A stretch of 32,000 nucleotides of DNA from NCBI RefSeq assembly GCF_003966335.1, contig NZ_CP034549.1:1440001-1472000 (forward strand). The letters run 5' to 3'. This stretch comes from Nonlabens ponticola (GTDB taxonomy: Bacteria; Bacteroidota; Bacteroidia; Flavobacteriales; Flavobacteriaceae). Positions within the stretch are counted from its first letter, which is position 1; every line of letters begins with the position of its first letter. The notes under the pieces were generated by a model, which saw only the letters and a program-made list of their open reading frames with translations, ran no database searches and was not told the origin of the DNA. The translations under genes were made by a program, and so were the position numbers. This document shows, in pieces, positions 17,662 through 24,865 of this stretch.

Positions 17662-18012
17662 CTATTTCTCCAAAGCCTCATAAGACACTCGAGCCCTAGT
17701 CTTAACCTGTGTATCCAGATATAGTTCTTGATCCTTGAGCAAGTTGATTTTTTTAGTTTTTCCTTTTTTGACGGCTATTGTTTTGATGACTTTTCCCTGC
17801 TTTTGTATTCTAATAGAAAACTCTCGTTTGCCAATGTTTTCAATAACGGCAATACAATCTTGTCCAGTATAAGGATTGATGGTAGCGTCTTGACCTGGGC
17901 CTTTGCCCGTCATGATCATGCTTTGTGTGGGTTCCAATTCAAATTCGGTCTGGGCAGTAGCGCTAGTCATAAAGGCTACAGATATTATTGTGAGTAGGAT
18001 TAAGGTTTTCAT
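17662..18012 (-). CDS. Hypothetical small secreted protein (116 aa)
   Basis: Signal peptide MKTLILLTIISVAFMTSATAQ. The mature part is lysine-rich. No recognised family. Confidence 0.5.
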   Translation of the reverse strand: MKTLILLTIISVAFMTSATAQTEFELEPTQSMIMTGKGPGQDATINPYTGQDCIAVIENIGKREFSIRIQKQGKVIKTIAVKKGKTKKINLLKDQELYLDTQVKTRARVSYEALEK

Positions 18013-18340
18013 CGTCGCCTGCTTTGATCTTCAGATTACAAGATAATAGATATAAATCGATATTGTTATTCTTGGTTGGTTTCGCGTTAAGGATCGCAGC
18101 GGCATCCTTTTAATGGCTACCGTAGCCATAAAAAGATATAGCGTAGAGCCTGGCCAAGCGATGAGCGAGGAAACGCCCTTAAAATAATCCCATAGGATAA
18201 ACTGCTTATTATCAGGTGATTTATAAGTTCTCTAAATACTAGTTACGCAAACGTTGTAGTAAATGGCACGATCGTTGAAATCTACCTAGCAAGCGGAAGC
18301 CGAAAAGCTACTAGAGTAGGCAGATCTTAAACTTATAGTC

Positions 18341-18940
18341 ATGAAAAAACTATTACTATTTATGGCAGCTGGTCTCATGATGACCACTGCACAGGCAACC
18401 GACCAAAACATTGAAGGGCCGATAGACGGTTTTTCTAATCGCTACAGATGGATGGAACCGGTAACGTTCTCCATGAATCAAGCGGACTTTTATGTGTATC
18501 CAGATGGGCACATCGAGTTTGATCTGCGACGTAACAATCAAATCTATCACTACTCAAGACGTGCGGTAGATCGCCGTAGAGGCTTGCGCGGCAGACAGGT
18601 GCGATACAATCGTCAAGGCTTGCCGATACGGGTGAACAATACACAAATCTTTTATGATAGACGTGGTCGTGTAACGCAGATAGGTAGGGTAGATGTTGGG
18701 TACCATCGCGGCACGCTGGATTATGTAGGTGGCCTGGATGTGAGATATCACCGCAATGGTCAATTGCTGGCCGCTCGCGGACAGGTGAAGTTCTGGAAAA
18801 ACTATGGTAGGAACGATCGTAGATTCCGCAACTTTGGAAAGATCGATAAGCGCCATTATAATGATGTTGCCTATAACGATCGCGGTCGTGGCAATAACAA
18901 GTATAAAGTCAAGGATAAAAAACGTAGAAGAGACTTCTAG
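18341..18940 (+). CDS. Secreted, extremely arginine-rich protein with YD-like repeats (199 aa)
   Basis: Signal peptide MKKLLLFMAAGLMMTTAQA. I count about 32 Arg in 199 aa. Four repeats resemble YD/RHS-type units: VRYNRQGLPIRV, IFYDRRGRVTQIGRV, VGYHRGTLDYVGGL and VRYHRNGQLLAARGQV. A strong terminator follows the gene. Confidence 0.6.
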   Translation: MKKLLLFMAAGLMMTTAQATDQNIEGPIDGFSNRYRWMEPVTFSMNQADFYVYPDGHIEFDLRRNNQIYHYSRRAVDRRRGLRGRQVRYNRQGLPIRVNNTQIFYDRRGRVTQIGRVDVGYHRGTLDYVGGLDVRYHRNGQLLAARGQVKFWKNYGRNDRRFRNFGKIDKRHYNDVAYNDRGRGNNKYKVKDKKRRRDF

Positions 18941-18958
18941 AAAGCATATTAAATCAGG

Positions 18959-18986
18959 AACCCGATTCATGTAATCGGGTTTTTTT
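18959..18986 (+). terminator. Rho-independent terminator
   Basis: AACCCGATT-catgt-AATCGGGTT forms a perfect 9-bp stem and is followed by TTTTT. It lies 19 nt after the stop at 18940. Confidence 0.85.
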
Positions 18987-19027
18987 ATGCGATGATGTTA
19001 CTGTTGGCGAGCACGGTTTGTATGCTT

Positions 19028-19035
19028 TACCTTTG
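19028..19035 (+). promoter_or_regulatory. Candidate Bacteroidota -7 promoter box (TACCTTTG) for the PPIase gene
   Basis: TACCTTTG matches TAnnTTTG. A TTG lies 21 nt upstream, and the ATG (19058) lies 22 nt downstream. Confidence 0.45.
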
Positions 19036-19057
19036 CACTTTTAAAAATTGATTTGAT

Positions 19058-19990
19058 ATGAACGATGGTATTTACGCACATTTTGACACGAGTAAAGGCG
19101 AGATTCTTGTGCAATTACACTATAAACGCACACCAGGAACGGTAGGAAATTTTGTTGCCCTTGCCGAAGGTAATCTAGAGAACGACGCCAAGGCTCAAGG
19201 AACGCATTATTACGACGGTCTTAAATTTCACCGTGTGATTCCTGACTTTATGATTCAAGGTGGTGATCCACAAGGAACTGGCGCTGGTGGCCCAGGTTAC
19301 AAGTTTGATGATGAATTTCATCCAGAATTGCGTCACGACGGGCCTGGTGTCTTGAGTATGGCAAACGCTGGTCCTGGAACTAATGGATCCCAGTTTTTTA
19401 TCACGCATGTGGAGACGGCATGGCTGGATGACAAGCACACCGTTTTTGGTAAGGTGGTAGAAGGCATGGATGTCGTCAATAAGATCGAGCAAGGTGACGA
19501 GATCAAATCGGTCACCATCAAACGACAAGGCGCCGATGCCGAGGCTTACAACGCCGTGGAATCTTTCAGAAAATTTGAAGGCGCTGCAAAGCTGCGTGAA
19601 GAGCAAGCTAGAAAACAAGCTGATCAGGAACTGGACGAGATCGCTGCTGGCTTTGATAAAACCGATAGCGGTTTGCGCTACAAGATCATCAACAAGGGTG
19701 ATGGTAAAAAAGCCAATAAGGGCGATCAGGTAAGTGTGCACTATAAAGGTATGTTGCCAGATGGTAAGGTATTTGACTCTAGTTTTGAACGTAAGAAACC
19801 TATTGATTTTCAGGTAGGTGTAGGCCAGGTCATCGCTGGTTGGGATGAAGGAATCACCATGTTGCAGGTAGGCGATAAGGCGCGGTTTGTGATCCCATCG
19901 CACCTAGGTTACGGCAGTGCTGGCGCTGGTGGCGTGATACCGCCTAATGCGACGCTGGTTTTTGACGTAGAGTTAGTGGACGTTAAGTAG
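19058..19990 (+). CDS. Dual-domain peptidyl-prolyl cis-trans isomerase: N-terminal cyclophilin fused to C-terminal FKBP
   Basis: The cyclophilin part has [47 protein letters not shown] and HTVFGKV. The FKBP part has [19 protein letters not shown]...[54 protein letters not shown]. Confidence 0.9.
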   Translation: MNDGIYAHFDTSKGEILVQLHYKRTPGTVGNFVALAEGNLENDAKAQGTHYYDGLKFHRVIPDFMIQGGDPQGTGAGGPGYKFDDEFHPELRHDGPGVLSMANAGPGTNGSQFFITHVETAWLDDKHTVFGKVVEGMDVVNKIEQGDEIKSVTIKRQGADAEAYNAVESFRKFEGAAKLREEQARKQADQELDEIAAGFDKTDSGLRYKIINKGDGKKANKGDQVSVHYKGMLPDGKVFDSSFERKKPIDFQVGVGQVIAGWDEGITMLQVGDKARFVIPSHLGYGSAGAGGVIPPNATLVFDVELVDVK

Positions 19991-20012
19991 TCGATCCTTT
20001 AATGATATTATA

Positions 20013-20044
20013 AAGCCTTGGATCATTTGGTTCAAGGCTTTTTT
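20013..20044 (+). terminator. Rho-independent terminator downstream of the PPIase gene
   Basis: AAGCCTTGGATC-attt-GGTTCAAGGCTT forms a 12-bp stem including two G.U pairs and is followed by TTTT. It lies 23 nt after the stop. Confidence 0.8.
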
Positions 20045-20053
20045 GTGGGTTAC

Positions 20054-20067
20054 GCTTTCGCGAAAGC
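20054..20067. repeat. GCTTTCGCGAAAGC palindrome, copy 7 (extended GTTACGCTTTCGCGAAAGCTAAC, 20049-20071)
   Basis: Intergenic. It lies 10 nt after the PPIase terminator (20013-20044) and 38 nt before the next ATG. Confidence 0.95.
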
Positions 20068-20104
20068 TAACTAGCATCCTTATATTTAAACTTTTGAAAA
20101 GCTT

Positions 20105-21196
20105 ATGAAGTTTCTAGTACAATTTTGCCGCTGTTTTGTTGGTATACTGTTCATTTTTAGTGGATTGGTAAAGCTCAATGATCCTGTAGGATTCTCGTTT
20201 AAGTTAGAAGAATACTTTAGCGCTGCGGTATTGGGTCTTGAGTTTTTGCAGCCATTTGCATTGCCGCTGGCTATATTTCTGGTGATTCTTGAAGTAGTGA
20301 TGGGTGTGATGCTTATACTAGGATTTCAGCGCAGGTTTACCGTATGGTCGCTGCTGTTGATGATCTTGTTCTTTACCTTTCTCACATTTTATTCGGCTTA
20401 CTTCAATAAGGTGACCGATTGTGGCTGTTTTGGTGATGCGATACCGCTGGTGCCATGGGAAAGTTTTGCCAAGGATGTGTTCCTACTCATCATGATTGTC
20501 ATCTTGTTCATGAACGTTTCCTTGATCAAACCATTCTTTTCAAAATTCACATCGATGATAGTTACATTATTGGTGACGATTGCATGTTTTGGATTGGCTT
20601 ATTATGTGTTGATGCATTTACCGGTGCTGGACTTTAGAGCTTTTAAAATAGGAACCAACATCGATCAAGCGATGCAGGAAGATCCTAATCGACCAGACGT
20701 GTATGGATTTGACTGGTACTATGAGGTAGATGGAGAAGAAGAAATAGTTACTACTAGCGGCTTACCACCAGAAGGAAGACCTAATTATTCTAAAGTGGAA
20801 ACACGACTACTAGAAAAAGGATATGAGCCACCTATCCACGACTTTTCTATTATGCAAGGCGATCAGGATTATACGCAAGAATATTTGAATAAGGAAAAGG
20901 TAGTATTTGTCATCATGTACAGACTGGTACAATCAGAAAGTGATGGCATGTACAAATTACCAGAGTTTATTCAAAACGCTCAAAATAATGGATACGAAGT
21001 CATCGCGCTCACAGCATCAGGCCCTGATGATATTAACGAGGCAAAAGAGAATTACAACCTAGATATAGAATTCTACACTACAGATGCCACGGCGCTTAAA
21101 ACCATGATACGTTCTAATCCTGGAATCATGGTGGTTGAAAATGGTGTGATCACACAAAAAGCGCACTGGAATGACCTGGAAGAAATTTCTCTATGA
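20105..21196 (+). CDS. DoxX/MauE-like integral membrane protein with a C-terminal thioredoxin-fold-like soluble domain
   Basis: The N-terminal part has 4-5 TM segments, with FIFSGLVKLNDPVGF and a DCGCFGD motif typical of MauE/DoxX-like proteins. The C-terminal ~170 aa are soluble and look TlpA/thioredoxin-fold-like, but I see no CxxC there. Confidence 0.55.
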   Translation: MKFLVQFCRCFVGILFIFSGLVKLNDPVGFSFKLEEYFSAAVLGLEFLQPFALPLAIFLVILEVVMGVMLILGFQRRFTVWSLLLMILFFTFLTFYSAYFNKVTDCGCFGDAIPLVPWESFAKDVFLLIMIVILFMNVSLIKPFFSKFTSMIVTLLVTIACFGLAYYVLMHLPVLDFRAFKIGTNIDQAMQEDPNRPDVYGFDWYYEVDGEEEIVTTSGLPPEGRPNYSKVETRLLEKGYEPPIHDFSIMQGDQDYTQEYLNKEKVVFVIMYRLVQSESDGMYKLPEFIQNAQNNGYEVIALTASGPDDINEAKENYNLDIEFYTTDATALKTMIRSNPGIMVVENGVITQKAHWNDLEEISL

Positions 21197-22266
21197 TAGG
21201 CTACCTGCTGCGTAAATTAGGCTATGCTGTTCTAACTCTCTACGGTGTGGTTACCGTAGTATTTTTGCTGTTCTATCTGTTGCCTGGTGATCCAGCCCAA
21301 ATGATGATGGGACAAAATGAAAGCGAGGAACAGCTAGAAAATCTTCGCAACAAGTACGGATTCAACCAGCCGCTGTTAACTCAGTATGGTTATTTCCTGA
21401 ATGATTTGAGTCCGTTGTCTTTTCATAGCATGCAACCAGAAGATTTTACTTATGATGATGGTAAATACACAGGTATAGATGTGGTTACCGTATCATCTAT
21501 TACGCTCATGTTCAAATGGCCTTATCTGCGAGAATCCTTTCAAAAAAACGGTAAGCGAGTAAGTGCTGTGATAGGCGAGACCTTGCCTAATACGCTATTG
21601 CTCGCCAGTAGTGCGATTTTGGTGGCATTGTTTCTAGGTGTTTTACTCGGTGTATTTTCTGCTTTGTACAGAGATTCATGGATTGATCGATTAATTCAAG
21701 TCGTGAGTACGTTGGGAATGAGTGTACCCAGCTTTTTTAGTGCGATCATCTTTGCATTTGTTTTTGGTTATGTGCTGCATGAGGTCACTGGTTTAAGCAT
21801 GAGCGGTAGTCTTTATGAACTAGACGATTATGGTGAGAATCTAGAACTCAAATGTCGCAATTTGATCTTACCAGCAGTGGTTTTGGGAATACGTCCGCTA
21901 GCGGTAGTCACCCAATTGATGCGCAATAGCCTGCTGGAAGTATTGTGTCAAGAATACATCACAACCGCTTATGCCAAAGGTCTCACGCGCTATCAGGTCA
22001 TCATGAAACATGCGCTTAAAAATGCACTCAATCCAGTCATCACCGCAGTGAGCGGCTGGTTTGCTAGTATGCTTGCAGGTGCCGTATTTGTGGAATATAT
22101 CTTCAATTGGAATGGCATAGGCAAGGAAATTGTCGAGGCACTCAATACGTTGGATTTACCTATTGTAACTGGCGCTGTACTAGTCATCGCTACCATGTTT
22201 ATCCTGATCAACTTGTTAGTTGATTTGATTTATGTCTGGCTGGATCCACGAGTAAATCTACAGTAG
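21193..22266 (+). CDS. ABC transporter permease, DppB/OppB (binding-protein-dependent inner-membrane component) family
   Basis: N-terminus LLRKLGYAVLTLYGVVTVVFLLFYLLPGDPAQMMMG. An EAA-like loop (YITTAYAKGLTRYQVIMKHALKNAL) is present. The start overlaps the upstream stop (ATGA). Confidence 0.8.
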   Translation: MIGYLLRKLGYAVLTLYGVVTVVFLLFYLLPGDPAQMMMGQNESEEQLENLRNKYGFNQPLLTQYGYFLNDLSPLSFHSMQPEDFTYDDGKYTGIDVVTVSSITLMFKWPYLRESFQKNGKRVSAVIGETLPNTLLLASSAILVALFLGVLLGVFSALYRDSWIDRLIQVVSTLGMSVPSFFSAIIFAFVFGYVLHEVTGLSMSGSLYELDDYGENLELKCRNLILPAVVLGIRPLAVVTQLMRNSLLEVLCQEYITTAYAKGLTRYQVIMKHALKNALNPVITAVSGWFASMLAGAVFVEYIFNWNGIGKEIVEALNTLDLPIVTGAVLVIATMFILINLLVDLIYVWLDPRVNLQ

Positions 22267-22295
22267 GCTTTCTAGAGGTCGTCACCTTATTTCTC

Positions 22296-22303
22296 TATCT
22301 TTG
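22296..22303 (+). promoter_or_regulatory. Candidate -7 promoter box (TATCTTTG) upstream of the lipoprotein/tpiA/prmA block
   Basis: TATCTTTG matches TAnnTTTG and lies 20 nt upstream of the ATG at 22324. I did not see a clear -33 TTTG. Confidence 0.3.
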
Positions 22304-22323
22304 AGACAAAAATTACAGTAACT

Positions 22324-22932
22324 ATGAACACGAGAATATTACAACCTGTTTTAATGCTTTTATTAGTCTTCACTTCCTGCGTGGGAACTTCTCAAAACGA
22401 AGAGGTAAAAGAGGACTTCAATAAATACATTAGCGCGATACAGGATAAAGAATACGAGAAAGCATTGGATCTTACAATCCCATCCATTTTTCATTTAGTT
22501 TCCAGAAAACAATTATCACAAAGCTGGAGAGCTGCTGTGTCTACTCCAGGTATGGACATGATCATAGGTGACGTAGAAATTTTAGCAGTCAATGAATTAC
22601 AGGACGTAGAGGATACTGCCTACAAGACGCTAGAGTACAATCAAAATCTCAAAATGAGATTTGACGAGAAAACAATGAATGATAGCGGCGCTTCTCAAGA
22701 TGAATTTTTGAAACAAACCGAAACGGCCATCAAGGCACAATTTGGTGAAGAGAATGTATCACTAGATCCAAATACCATGTACTTTACGATCAAGTCTAAC
22801 AAAAAAGTACTAGCCGCGCAACCAGAAGATGCTGAACACTGGCAGTTTATGGTGCTAGAAAAAGGAAATGAGAACTATATCAAGCAACTCATTCCAGAAA
22901 CTACTTATAACGAGGTGTACAATGAGAAATAA
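22324..22932 (+). CDS. Hypothetical lipoprotein (202 aa)
   Basis: Lipobox VFTSC. No recognised family. The 3' end overlaps the tpiA start by 11 nt. Confidence 0.5.
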   Translation: MNTRILQPVLMLLLVFTSCVGTSQNEEVKEDFNKYISAIQDKEYEKALDLTIPSIFHLVSRKQLSQSWRAAVSTPGMDMIIGDVEILAVNELQDVEDTAYKTLEYNQNLKMRFDEKTMNDSGASQDEFLKQTETAIKAQFGEENVSLDPNTMYFTIKSNKKVLAAQPEDAEHWQFMVLEKGNENYIKQLIPETTYNEVYNEK

Positions 22933-23674
22933 TATACTAGCAGGAAACTGGAAAATGAACTGTGACCTACCGGGAACACAGTCGCTTATTGCAGAAATTC
23001 AAGCCGAAGGTATTGATAACCTAGATTGCGAGATCATGGTCGCGCCTTCCCATCTATTTCTTTACGCCGCTTTCAACGCCAGCCTCAATTCGCCTATTGA
23101 AGTCGTGGCGCAAAATGTATCACAACATCACAAAGGTGCTTACACCGGTGAGGTTTCTATCGATATGTTGCAAAGCGTTGGTATAAAGACTGTCATCATA
23201 GGTCATTCTGAGCGTCGCGATATTTTCAAGGAAAACGATGACCAGCTTAGAGGAAAAGTATCAGCCTGTATTAAAGAAGGTATGCGAGTGATTTTTTGCT
23301 GTGGTGAGCATCTTGATGAACGCAATAGTGGTAATCACTTTAAGACCGTAACAAACCAAGTAGAAAAAGCACTGTTTCAGCTAGAGGACAAAGACTGGAA
23401 ACAGATCGTCATTGCCTATGAACCAGTCTGGGCCATAGGAACTGGTGAGACCGCATCACCAGAACAGGCTCAGGAAATGCACGCGCATTTACGCACATTT
23501 ATTGAGAATAAATACGGTGGCAAAGTCGCTAGCAACACCAGCATTTTATATGGCGGTAGTGTAAAACCGGCCAACGCACGTGAGATTTTTGCAAAGCCAG
23601 ATGTTGATGGTGGTCTAGTAGGCGGCGCATCGCTGGATGCCAACTCTTTTGTGCAAATCGCACGTTCTTTCTAG
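22922..23674 (+). CDS. tpiA: Triosephosphate isomerase
   Basis: ILAGNWKMN, VIIGHSERR, IAYEPVWAIGTG and YGGSVKPANA. I prefer the ATG at 22922 (MRNNILAGNWKMN) over the track start at 22868. Confidence 0.93.
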   Translation: MRNNILAGNWKMNCDLPGTQSLIAEIQAEGIDNLDCEIMVAPSHLFLYAAFNASLNSPIEVVAQNVSQHHKGAYTGEVSIDMLQSVGIKTVIIGHSERRDIFKENDDQLRGKVSACIKEGMRVIFCCGEHLDERNSGNHFKTVTNQVEKALFQLEDKDWKQIVIAYEPVWAIGTGETASPEQAQEMHAHLRTFIENKYGGKVASNTSILYGGSVKPANAREIFAKPDVDGGLVGGASLDANSFVQIARSF

Positions 23675-23677
23675 AAT

Positions 23678-24526
23678 ATGAGTAAGGTTACAGACCAGCT
23701 ATATGTAGAGTACACGTTTACGGTAATGCCTGTGCAGCCTTGGGTCGATGTGCTTGCCGCGCAATTAGGTGAGCTAGGTTTTGAGAGCTTCATGGAGACT
23801 GAGACAGGACTTTTGGCTTATGTGCTGGAAGATATCGACAGCGATGACCTAGTAAAACAGTTGGACTTGTGGCAGTATGATGATGTTGAGTTAGCTTTCG
23901 CGAAAGCAAACATACCACCAACCAACTGGAATCATGAATGGGAAAAGAACTTTGAACCTATCACCGTGCAAGACCGCTGCGAGGTGCGAGCGCCATTTCA
24001 CGAGTCCAAAGGCCTGGAATATGACATCGTGATAGAGCCAAAAATGAGTTTTGGCACGGGTCACCATCAAACAACGCACATGATGATCGAGCATCTACTC
24101 GAGTTAAATCCTACTGATCAAAAGGTACTGGATATGGGTAGCGGTACTGGGGTTCTCGCCATTCTTGCAAGGTTGACAGGTGCAGCGGCGGTAGATGCGA
24201 TAGATATTGACACGTGGTGTTATGAAAATGCACTTGAAAATGTGCAGCGCAATCAAGTCGATAAGGTTGAGGTTATTCTGGGTGGTGCAGAGCAGCTTGG
24301 AGATCGCTACTATGATTTAATCATTGCAAATATCAACCGCAATATCCTACTGGCCGACATTCCAACTTATGCTGGTTGTTTGTCGAGCGGTGGCAAAATC
24401 TTGCTAAGCGGTTTTTATCTAGAAGATCTTGACCAGATAAAAGCAGCTTGCACACAGGTAGGACTAGAATACATATCGCATAGACAGCGCGATCAATGGG
24501 TGTCGCCATTGTTCATCAAAAAGTAA
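23678..24526 (+). CDS. prmA: Ribosomal protein L11 methyltransferase PrmA
   Basis: NWNHEWEKNFEPI, IEPKMSFGTGHHQTT, and the SAM motif VLDMGSGTGVLAI. Confidence 0.88.
   Translation: MSKVTDQLYVEYTFTVMPVQPWVDVLAAQLGELGFESFMETETGLLAYVLEDIDSDDLVKQLDLWQYDDVELAFAKANIPPTNWNHEWEKNFEPITVQDRCEVRAPFHESKGLEYDIVIEPKMSFGTGHHQTTHMMIEHLLELNPTDQKVLDMGSGTGVLAILARLTGAAAVDAIDIDTWCYENALENVQRNQVDKVEVILGGAEQLGDRYYDLIIANINRNILLADIPTYAGCLSSGGKILLSGFYLEDLDQIKAACTQVGLEYISHRQRDQWVSPLFIKK
23894..23907. repeat. GCTTTCGCGAAAGC palindrome, copy 8
   Basis: It lies inside prmA at codons 73-77 and encodes AFAKA (ELAFAKANI). Confidence 0.95.
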
Positions 24527-24565
24527 ATGAGTAGTTAAAGATTTTTGAGCAAGGCATAGTTTTTA

Positions 24566-24573
24566 TAATTTTG
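24566..24573 (+). promoter_or_regulatory. Candidate promoter for clpS (-33 TTTG at 24544-24547, -7 TAATTTTG)
   Basis: TTTG, then 18 nt, then TAATTTTG. The ATG is only 7 nt downstream, so the mRNA would be leaderless or have a very short leader. Confidence 0.35.
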
Positions 24574-24580
24574 TACTGTT

Positions 24581-24862
24581 ATGATGATGAGTACACAAAT
24601 ACAGGAGTTACCAGAATTAGATATTGAGGTAGCTGAAAAGAAAGAGAACAAGATCGTTCTTTTTAATGATGAGGTCAACACTTTTGACCACGTCATTGAT
24701 ATGCTCGTTGATGTATGTGAACACACGCCACTTCAAGCCGAACAATGCAGCCTGATCGTACATTATAAGGGCAAGTGCAATGTAAAAACCGGTGAATACG
24801 AGGATCTAGAGCCACGATGCAGCGCGTTGTTAGATGCAGGCCTGACGGCAGAAATACAGTAG
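24581..24862 (+). CDS. clpS: ATP-dependent Clp protease adaptor ClpS
   Basis: VLFNDEVNTFDHVIDMLVDVCEHTPLQAEQCSLIVHYKGKCNVKTG is the typical ClpS core. 93 aa. Confidence 0.88.
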   Translation: MMMSTQIQELPELDIEVAEKKENKIVLFNDEVNTFDHVIDMLVDVCEHTPLQAEQCSLIVHYKGKCNVKTGEYEDLEPRCSALLDAGLTAEIQ

Positions 24863-24865
24863 ACT

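Noticed and set aside
18356-18970. Three minus-strand ORFs (64, 69 and 138 aa) lie antisense to the Arg-rich protein gene.
   Set aside because: The plus-strand ORF has a signal peptide, an internal repeat structure and a terminator in the correct orientation. The antisense ORFs lack all of these. I note them only as evidence of unusual GC-rich composition.
19175-19903. A 242-aa minus-strand ORF covers most of the PPIase gene. There are also smaller ORFs at 19333-19521 (minus strand) and 19470-19733 (plus strand).
   Set aside because: The plus-strand frame carries two textbook PPIase domains. The antisense ORF has no motif and is most simply a by-product of codon usage.
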